Source: Candidatus Melainabacteria bacterium 17Bon1m | Lineage (GTDB): Bacteria; Cyanobacteriota; Vampirovibrionia; Obscuribacterales; Obscuribacteraceae | NCBI GenBank assembly: GCA_032128875.1 | Contig: JAVLKG010000025.1 | Span: 1 to 21,410, forward strand | Reading direction: 5' to 3' | Length of the DNA stretch: 21,410 nucleotides | Part shown: positions 1-9,700 of the stretch, one piece after another | How positions within the stretch are numbered: the stretch's first letter is position 1 | Layout: each line of letters begins with the position of its first letter | Program-made: the position numbers and the translations under genes | Notes under the pieces: generated by a model | Told to the model about the DNA's origin: nothing | The model's database searches: none | What the model saw: only the letters and a program-made list of their open reading frames with translations

Positions 1-102
1 CGCATGATGAAGACGACCGCCATCATCTTGCAGCTCGGCGGCGGAAGCGGCGGACAATATCAGCACTACTTCAAGCCACGCATGACTGCGATGCAGAAGT
101 AG
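1..102 (+). CDS. 3' end (partial) of upstream paralog A of the giant adhesin-like protein family
   Basis: Frame 1 reads RMMKTTAIILQLGGGSGGQYQHYFKPRMTAMQK then TAG (100-102), identical to the last 33 aa of 626..10621. Nt 1-99 match 10520-10618 with one synonymous mismatch. The same terminator follows. Confidence 0.9.
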   Translation, partial: RMMKTTAIILQLGGGSGGQYQHYFKPRMTAMQK

Positions 103-107
103 AAAGC

Positions 108-130
108 GTGGGGGCGCGTTGCACGCGCTC
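108..130 (+). repeat. REP-like palindrome (solo copy)
   Basis: GTGG-GGGCGCG-TTGCA-CGCGCTC: a GT(A/G)G tetranucleotide followed by a GC-rich hairpin. Near-identical copies at 183-205 and 9852-9874. Confidence 0.8.
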
Positions 131-146
131 AACACAAAAAATCCAG

Positions 147-179
147 GGGGCGGTGAGAAATCACCGCCCCTTTCGTTTT
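147..179 (+). terminator. Rho-independent terminator of paralog A
   Basis: Perfect 10-bp stem GGGGCGGTGA / TCACCGCCCC with a GAAA tetraloop, followed by TTTCGTTTT, about 45 nt after the stop. Confidence 0.88.
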
Positions 180-181
180 AT

Positions 182-263
182 CGTGGGGGCGCGTTGCACG
201 CGCCCTTTTGGGGAGGTGCGTCGACGGACGCCGACGCCGGGCGGCATGAATGCCGCCCTTACA
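182..263. repeat. REPIN/BIME-like composite element (two inverted REP-like units with an internal hairpin), intergenic copy
   Basis: GTGGGGGCGCGTTGCACGCGCCC (183-205), inner imperfect hairpin GCGTCGACG-GA-CGCCGACGC, then GGGCGGCATGAATGCCGCCCTTAC (239-262), whose reverse complement is GTAAGGGCGGCATTCATGCCGCCC. Homologous to 9851-9928 and 20935-21012. Confidence 0.8.
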
Positions 264-459
264 TAGTTGGTGCAATGGCAATGAAATGTGCGGTCAACGC
301 GCGATGCACGGCAAAATGGCAAAAAGTTTAGAGAGTCTTACATACGTGTCGGTGACTGGCAAAAGTGTCACGTGCGGAACGTTTCCTAAATGAAGACCGG
401 CTAACCTTGCCGCTAGAGATCACAAGTGATGTTCGATTAATAGCTGTGCTCCCTGCGCT

Positions 460-476
460 TTGGTACGCTCTTTGCG
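460..476 (+). promoter_or_regulatory. Possible sigma-54 (-24/-12) promoter of paralog B
   Basis: TTGGTACGCTCTTTGCG fits TGGCACG-N4-TTGC with one mismatch and exactly 10 nt between GG and GC. It lies 150 nt upstream of the ATG. The motif is not intact upstream of paralog C. Confidence 0.3.
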
Positions 477-612
477 GAGTACCTCGGTACGCTGCGTTTA
501 GCACTCTGGTTACGCGAATGAAACCTTTCGCGAACCTTCTTCTGCTAAAAGCAGACGCTCATTTTTAGCGCACCTGGGCAGCTCGTCAGATCGCCACCCT
601 TAAGTCCTCTTT

Positions 613-617
613 GGAGA
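613..617 (+). promoter_or_regulatory. Shine-Dalgarno site of paralog B
   Basis: GGAGA, 8 nt upstream of ATG 626. Confidence 0.7.
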
Positions 618-625
618 CCATATAA

Positions 626-745
626 ATGGATCAGAAAAGACACTCGAAGAATTGCAACAGCGGTTCAATCTTCAAGAAGTTCTCTGCATCACTAACGGTA
701 CTCCTTTTACTTGCATCGTCTAACTTAACTTCTGCGGCTCTGGCA
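626..745 (+). other. Sec/SPI signal peptide (40 aa) of paralog B
   Basis: Basic n-region (KRHSK..KK), hydrophobic FSASLTVLLLLA, and A-L-A|N cleavage motif at aa 38-41. Same length and motif in paralog C. Confidence 0.75.
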
Positions 746-3700
746 AATGACCAGGGTGGGCGAGGCGCTGCGTGGCAACAGTTTCAGATTGAAAATCCGG
801 GGCTTGAGAAGAAAGAGCTCCACCAGATGTTCAAGCAGGAGTGGCGCGAAATCAAAGGAGCCGGTAACGGCATTGGTGGCGGCAATGACAACGCCCCCAA
901 CATTCAGAATCAAGCCATCCAGAACATCAACAACAACGTCAACAACCAAATAGATAGAAGCGATTTTGCAAGCAAGGCTGAATGGCAAGCTGCAAAACAA
1001 GCTCTTAAGCTGGAGCAGAAAAGTCTTTCCCACAACCTGAACCAGACAATCCAAAACACTGTCAACAACAAAACCATCAACATCAATCATGGTTTCTCCC
1101 TTGATCTCACATCAGCAGTTGAAAGCATCACGCTCGGTGACAAACTTTTCCAAGGACAATCAGTCGTTATCAATGTTGGTGGCGAAGAGAAAACGGTCTC
1201 CGCCGGTTCCAAAGTAACCGCAGCTGAATACGTCGCAGCAAGACAAGCTTTGGGTGGTGGCGCTCAGACCGTGACACTGGATGCGCAAGGACGCGCGACC
1301 GGCGGCGAAGTTGATCTCTCTGCAATGACCAGCGGCAACCAGACCATGAAGGTGAAAGACCTTACTGTCCCTGTTTCGGTTACTGCATCGGGTGACTTCG
1401 GCAAAGGCGGCGACGTCAGAATTCTCGGTGACCTGACAAACTCAGGTTCAATCAATGCCTACACGTCCGACAACAAGAACGTCAACGCGCTCATCAAAGC
1501 AGACAACATCACCAACAATGCCGGTGCCTCAATCACCTCGAGCGTGAGCGACCTCACACTGCAAGCCGACAGAAATTTTTCCAATTATGGTGATATCAGT
1601 GCGACCGGCAACCTCATTGTTTCTGCTGGCAAAACTTTGACCAACGGCGGAAGCGTGTCTGCGCAGAATGAGTTGAGTATTCTCGCGCCTAAAGTAACTA
1701 ATACAGGCACACTTGCATCAGCACAAGGCAATGTCACTTTGGACACGCCAATTCCTGCAGCACTGAAATTCAACAACAATAGTGGCACCATCTCTGCTTT
1801 GAATGGAGCGATAAATATTCGTGAAGCCGGTTATGCGGCGTCGTTCGATACTCAAGTTTACGGCGGCGACTTGCTGTCCAAAGAGTTGAACGTCAACGCT
1901 GGCGGTGGAATGTCTGATGTTTTCGTTAATAAGTTGACCGGCACTGTCAATTCGACTGGAACCGGTGCTCACGTGAGCGCTAATACTGAAGTCCTTACGA
2001 TTGGAAATCAGTGCCTTACTGGTGATCCTACTTACTTCAACACCGGCGATATCGTACTTGACGGTCAGATCAACGTAGGCGAAGCAGTTTCAATTATTGC
2101 AGGTGGGAATATCACCGCAACTGCCAACCTTACGCAAATTATTGCTCGTGAGGCCGGCGGACAAGGCTTTGAAATAAACATTGTTGCTGGCGCGAATATA
2201 ACTGGTGGCAACGGTCAGATCGTCGGAAACCTTCTTCCACAGACATCTATTCCTCCAAATATCAACAACAACGCTGTTACTCCAGTGACGATTAGTGGCC
2301 CCAATACTAATGGCGGCGATATTGACCTTAGTGGTGCTGCAGCGGGTTTTTCCATCAGATCAAGTTCAACAGCACTTGGCTTGGACGGCGGCAACATACA
2401 AATAGTCGCTTACAGAAATAACGATACTGGTGGCGCAGTTATTTTGCCCAGCGACAGTGTAATCAGCTCCGCTGCGGGAGAGGGTGGCGTCAACGGTCAC
2501 ATCTCCATCTTCGGTGGTAATTCAGTAAGCATTGGCACTGTCTCTTCTGCTGACACCGTTAACACAGCTGGAGGCAACATTATCATTGCCAACGCTAATC
2601 CTGTTTTTGACTTTGGCAACTCAATGACCTTCGGCACTGACGGTCGGGTGACTTCATCGAATCATTTTGTGCTTCCAAATGCTCCCACTTGGGGACCGGG
2701 CAACGTGACAGTTGCAAGCCTTTTCTCATTTGGCGCCTTAGTGGCCAACCAAATTCAGTCTGGACATAACTTGACCATTGGAGGACTTCTGTTCTCCAGC
2801 GGTCTTACACAATTGGATGCAGGACTGGCAAATTCCGGCAACGGAAATCTTACGCTCACAAGTGCGGCTATATCGCAACAGGGATTAATTGCCAATGCCA
2901 GTGGTTCGATTGCGGCAACGGTTTTATCCTCAAGCACCGGAGATATTGAGCTAAATGCTAATGGCAATATCACGACTACAGATATGATTGCCAGTCTCGG
3001 TTCCGTCACGGCAATTGCTGTAGGTAATACTACGGTTGGGAATGTCACAGCAGGCAATTCCATTACTCTCGGTGCTGGTCCTCAACAGTTCCCCGCAGTG
3101 AATGGGCACCTAGTGACTGGTGACCTCACCGCAAACCAAATTTCACTACTGACACCATACGGTGACGTCACAATAAACGGCACCCTTAATGCTTCTCAGA
3201 GTTTCACACTGAGCGTTCTTGGCGATATAGATCAATCGTTTTTCGATGGTTCAGTTTTCAGCACAACTCAATCTATCGATTTGAATTCCACAATAGGAAG
3301 CATCGGTTCAGCATTGAATCCATTGTTGATTTCGACTGCGAATATCACAGCCAATGCAGCGCTTGGCTCCGTGTATATCAATGACCTGCTCAGCGATCCG
3401 CAGGTCAACGTTCTCGGCGCTTCCGGCAACGTCGTTCAAATCATCCGAGCAAACCCTGGCGTAAGTGGCGGAATTTCAGTATTTGGTCACATCGGCGCGA
3501 ATACTGTAATTCTGAGCAACTCCGGCGCCAACGGCGAAATAACAATAGATATGCTGGGATCCATCGGTGGACTTGGCGGCGGTGCGGCTAATTCAGTAAC
3601 CTTGGAAGGCAAAGGTGTTGGACGCGTTCGCTCCCACAGCAGTGCGCTTATAGATACGATTGCTTTGAATTTGTCTACGGGTTCGGGTGACATAGAGATC

Positions 3701-6700
3701 GGAAACACGACCGCCCGCTCAATTAGTGCAGTCACGACTACAGGTAATGTACTCATCACGGATAGCAGTGTTTCACCTGTGACAATCAATGCGCTGAGCG
3801 GAAGAATTGTCGATGTCAATTTGACGACTCCCGGCACCGGCCTTGTAATTGCCAACACTATTACGGCCACTGAGTCGCTTCGATTGATTTTGGATAACAC
3901 TCAATCTACAGCGACTATCACACGTACTGGCGCAAATACGACTTTAATTTCGCCAGAAATCAGATTGGAAGCAGGCGGCAACATTGGCACAACCACAACT
4001 GCAATTCTGACTGACACAGATAAACTTACTGCGCTTGCAGGAACACCCGGCCCCAGTGGGACGGCTCGAAACATCTTCATCTCCGATAGTGATGCTTTCG
4101 CCATTGAATTCATGAGTGGCAACATCGTCAATTTGTCAGCAGTAGGTTCAATCACAAACAGCGAGCCAAATACGCAAGTCAGAGCGAACACGTTGAATCT
4201 CTCTTCAACACTCGGCAGCATAGGTGAGCTTGGAGTTGGAACAAATGGGCGCATTAATACAAACGCTTCCAGCATTTCGGCGATTGCAGCTGGCGATGTG
4301 TATTTGGAAACAACTGCATCGTTAGTGCAGTTGGGCGTGCTATCAGGTCAGGTTGTTGACGTAAATAGCGTCAACGGCAGCCGCTTCAATCTCTTGGAGA
4401 ACATCACCGGCACAAGTTCTGTGTCCATTCACACGATGTTCAACAATCATCCCCTAAATGCAATTACGCAACTTGCGGGCAAAACGATTGTCACTCCTAC
4501 GCTCAGTCTTTCAACTACTGACGGCAATATCGGTACTGCATCTAATCAAATTAGAACGACCGCAGGTGTGCTCGACGTCAACAGCAATGGCAATGTTTTC
4601 GTGACCACGACTGGTGATGTTAGTTTGAACGCCAGCTCCGGCGACACCTTCAGGCTGACCAGTGGTGGTGGCATAACTGTTCAAGACGATCTGTTGTCGA
4701 ACAACCTGACATTGACCTCAGGCAATAATGGCAATATCGATTTGAACTGGTTTATCGCCGGTCTTACTGGACCAGATGCAACTAGTGTGACCCTTAACGC
4801 AAACGGTTCCGGCAGCATCACACAGGCATTAGGTACGAACATTCGCACAACATCCCTCAGTTTGAATTCCGCTTCTGGGGACATTGGAGCAAGTGGCAGT
4901 CCAATTACCGTGAATCCCAATGTCACGAATGTGAACCTCTCGGTTCATACCACTGGCGATTGGTTTGTGACGGCTTTTGGAGATGTGAATCTCGGTGCAT
5001 CAACTGGTGGCAATGGAACTCTCGTCAGCAACAACGTGAGCACCACCGGTAATACGACTTTGACCGGGACCCTCGATATAACGACACAATCTCTCAATGT
5101 CGCAGGTGACAAACTGGCTGCCGATATCATCAATGTTCAAGGCTTCTCTGGTGGAAACCTGACAATTGACGGCGGTTTGGCTGGTGGCATTTTCGCATCA
5201 ACGACAAAAACCAACTGGATCGCAACTAATGGTGGCAGCATCTTCCTCTCCGGCGATGTGACGATGAATGGTGATACGTTTATCACCACAAACGCTGCCG
5301 GACAGGTGACCATCAATGCCGGCGCACAATACATCGGCAACAACCTGGTAAAGATCACGAGTGGACTTGTCAATCAAATTGGTTTTATCAGCGGTAATCC
5401 GCTTGTATACAACCTTCTCGGTAATACAATCCTCAACAGCAATGGCGACGTCAATTTCTCAGACAACATCATTTTTGTCGGAGAAAACTTTGCTGTGCTC
5501 GCTTCCGGCAACATCAATTTCTCTCCATTCTCAAATATTCGCCTGGCCAATAGCGCCGGTGATGGAGGCAATCTCACACTGGTTGCCGGGTACAACATCA
5601 CCCCCGGAACCGTAGGTCAGATCCGCTCAACAGCTGAGTACACACTGGGCGGCGCATCTGCAACTGGTGGTTCTATCAACATGGGTGGCACTGCTTTCGA
5701 TCTTTCAGGTTCCAACAATGGTGGCACCCTCACGGCAGTTGCTCAGGGACAAGCAGGCGGAAATGCTGGAATCGTTAACCTTGGCGCGATCAATACATCC
5801 GGAGCCAACAATGGTGGCAACGTAACTGTATTCGGCAGCGGGGGTATTTCTGTCGGCGCGATCAATACGACCGGTGGAAGTGCGAGCGGCAACGTTCTTC
5901 TGAGCGTTGAGAACTCGCAAATCGTCGGTGGCGATATCAAGATTACGAACGGTACACGCTCAGGACTCGGACAGTTTGTGAGCAATGGTGCCAGCGAAGG
6001 CAACTTGTCTTATGGCAACATCACCGCTACCGGTGCTCAAGTAGGACTGACTGGCGCGCTGTCCGCTGCTAACACAATCAACGGCACAGGCACAATCGTC
6101 GCCAACACCTTGGATGTTCAAACTGGCGCAGGTGTTGCGACTATCGGCAACACTCAAATCGCCACGTTAAACAGTGATGGTAATGGCACCGTCAGCCTCT
6201 CCAATATCGGAAATCTCGTTTTAAATGGCATAGGTGGCGCTGGTCAAAGTTTGACCGCAACCGCAACTGGAAGCATTACCGGAACAAACGCGTTCGCCAT
6301 CGATAAGTTGAATTTGACCGCGACTGCTGCAAGCGGCAACACTGCGATCAGTTTGACTGGCGCTTCTGCTTCTACTTCTGCAAGTCTCAAGAGCAATGGT
6401 GGCGGCAACATAATCGGTGATGTTTCGACCAATGCTCTCACTCTGAATTCTTCGGGCAACGTTGGTGTCAACGCAACGACGCGCTTCACGACTGATGCCG
6501 CGACCATCAAGGTTGATGCGGTCAACGCATTCCTCAACGACACTAATGCTTTAGGAGTGCAGTTCTCTTCTGGCACAGTTTCCGGAACCTTCAATGTGCT
6601 TGCAACCGGCATAGTTACGGGTGGCACGCTCACAACGAGCAATGCCGTTATCACTGCTGCTGGAATTGGCACCGGTACAGGAGTCAACGCCTTCTCTCTG

Positions 6701-9700
6701 ACGAACGGTGCAAATCCGCTCTCGTTAGAAGTTCAAACCGGAACGGGTGATTCCTTCATCAACGCCATCGGCACCGGTGTACTTCAAATCGTGGGCGGCT
6801 CGACCAGCAATGTGTTCGATGTCAAAACACCGAACGGCGCAAGTGTTTCTGTCTTGGGCGATGTGACATTTGGTGGAGACATCAATATCACCACCAACTC
6901 GATGACCAACTTCTTTGATGTAGCTTCCACGAATGGAAGTATCAACATCCAAAGCAATGCGGGCAGCGATTTGCTGATATTTGGTGCAACGGGTCCAACA
7001 CCGGCTACTTATTCAGCAGCAAATGGTGTCATCAACCTCACCACCAACGGAACCATTCTCGGTATCAGCGGTAAAACGACCTATTTGACGACTGCCAACC
7101 TAATCGCAAATGTGTCCGGTCAGTCGGTAGTGCAACAAGCTGGTGCTGTTTCCACCGCTACCGTTCCCTCCTATGTGTACACAGCTTCCGCCACTGGTGG
7201 CAGTTTCGACGGTCCGTGGAATTTCGTTAATTCCGGTACTTACGCAAACAATGGCGGCAATGTGACGCTAAGCTCGATCACCTTCAGCGGTGCTGACATC
7301 GCTGTCATTGCGTCGGGCGACATTCAGCTCAACAATGTCACGATCAATTTGAGTGGAAATAATGGCGGCAATTTGACCATGATGGCTGGGTTCAATTTCG
7401 AACCCAACACGTTTGGGCAAGTCGACCAAGATACCAGCACAACCTTCCAAAACTTCACCCCGACATCCTCGGGTTCTATCCTTGGCACAGCAACAATCAA
7501 CCTTAACGGAGCAGCGGGAAGCGGTGGCCGGTTGATCGCGCTAGCCAACAATGGTTCCGTTAGCCTCGGAGATATTTCCAGCACTGGCACCGTCAGCGGT
7601 GGAGACATCGCTATTATCGCCAGCAACGGCATCACAACCGGAGCAATCACAACAACCGGACCAACCGGCGGTGCAGTCGATCTCATCGTGGGCAATCCGA
7701 CGGTGGGTGCCGGCACCAACTTCCAAATCCTTGCGGGCTCAATCGTCAACGGTCTCAATACTGTCGACAATGTCAGTTTGAATAACGGAAGCATCATCGT
7801 CGGACCTGTGGCTACCGGCAACGGCAGCTTCAGCGCACAGACGAGTGCTACCGGCGCAGTGACTTTGCAAAATGCATTGAGTGCTCGCAATATTTCAATT
7901 GATACGGGCTCGCTGAATCTGCTCGGCTTCTCGACTATCGCTGCCGGCACTGATGGAGCTGGAAACGCCGGCGATATCAGTATTTCTGCAAGCGCTGTGA
8001 CGACACCGACATCGCATTTGCAAGTGACTGCGATCGGAACCGGTGCCGGAAGCGGCGGCAATATCGACTTCGAATGGAATAGCACCGCGGCTGTAGCCCT
8101 GGGCGCAGGCGCGAGCGATAAATTCGACTTCCAGTTCAACGGAACCGGCGATGGTGGCAGCCTCAATTTCACATCTCAGGGTGACATCACTCTCAATGCT
8201 GGTGCATTGGTAGGAAACTCGACCGGAGCTGCTGGTGGAAAGGCAACTGTTGGCACGACAGGCAATTTGACTGTCAATGCCAACTCGATCAATCTCGGCG
8301 GTACTGACGGAGATGGTGCTGAAATCAGCTTGACGGCCGGACTAGTCGATGGCGTCGGCACGCTAAATTTGGCAGACACTTCTTTCCTCACGCAAGCGAA
8401 CGGTACTGGATCAAACGGTGACGGCGGTTTGCTTTCACTGATTGGTTCCAACATCACATATGGTGCTACCTCTGCAGTTTCACCTCTCGCTCTCACTGCT
8501 GCGGGCAGCGGCACTGGAAATGGTGGCACAATCATTTTCCGCACTGGTGATACTACTGCCACTTTCATCGGCGCTCCAGCCAGAGCACCGAGAGGGGCAT
8601 TCCACTTCCTTCGCGCTGATGCACATGGCGACGGCAATGGTGGAACCATCGATATCCAAGTCGGCGGCAATTTGACCATCAGCGATACATCGTTGATCAA
8701 TGCTTCCAGAGGTTCTAGCGGTAATTTGGACGGCGCCAACTACAGATTGGAAGCCGGAAAGCAAGCCTTGGCAAACCTGATCATCACTGGCAGCCTTGAT
8801 GCAACTGGCTTGGGCAGTGGCGTTGATGGAACAGTTTTCCTGGGGACCAACTCAAGAACTGCTTTCAGTGTAGGTTCGACGAATCCGAAGAATGGAATCA
8901 CAGGCACCGTGTCTGGTGGTGAAATTCAAATAAACAACCGGGCTGGCGGCATTCAAGTGCTGTCAGCAGCCAACTTGTCTGCGCAGCGAATGAATCTCAC
9001 TGCAGCTCTTAATGGGGCAATAAGTGTTGTAGGAACCCTCTCTGCTGCTCAGAGCATCGTGCTGACTGCAGGTACTGGAGCCATTGGAGGCAAGGGTGCG
9101 TTAGCTGTAAATACGGCTAGTTTGCAGGCCAATACTGCAGGAAGTGTTTCGTTGAATAATCTGTTCACTGGTCCATCTGTATTGTTGGATTCCACAGGTG
9201 GACGCAGCTTCACACTGCACACAGCAGGCAGCACGACCTTGAATGACATCAGCACTACCAGAGGCAACATTACTGTTGTTGAATCAGCCGGTGCTCTTCA
9301 AGTCGCGAATGGTTCGTTGATCTCAGCGAATAATGGAGCGCTCATTTTGCAAAACACTGACAATGCCGGAACCATCAGCATTGGCGACAACGCGACTGTG
9401 CGCACATTTGAAAACGGCAGACAGGTCAGCATTGTAATTGGAGCAACCGTTCCACGCACCGGAACCAATCCTTCTCCTCCGAATCCGGCTGGCGTTAACG
9501 TCACCATTAACAATCCGCGTAACTTCGTTTGGTTTGGACCTAACAACGCAGTAAACGTTCCAACTGGCACTGCGCAAGTTACCTCTAAGAACCAAAACGT
9601 ACTGTTTAGTGGTCTGGCCGCAGGGACGATTTCGCTCGGAAACGGTTCACTTGTTTTGGCTGATCCTCCGGATCGCGTAGGTGCCGCGAGTGTTGCGGCA

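Noticed and set aside
108-263. CRISPR array interpretation of the repeated palindromes
   Set aside because: Only two direct copies plus one inverted, different unit, with no regular spacers and no cas genes. The pattern fits REP/REPIN.
119-331. 70-aa ORF
   Set aside because: It runs through the terminator and REP elements and has a TTG start with no RBS. Its RGGALHAP match to paralog B simply reflects the shared REP sequence.
365-568. 67-aa ORF
   Set aside because: GTG start with no clear RBS, no recognisable motif, located in the presumed promoter region, and no counterpart upstream of paralog C.
911-948. CAA/AAC-rich run as a phase-variable microsatellite
   Set aside because: It is an imperfect in-frame Asn/Gln codon run. 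The length difference from paralog C preserves frame, so it cannot act as an on/off switch.
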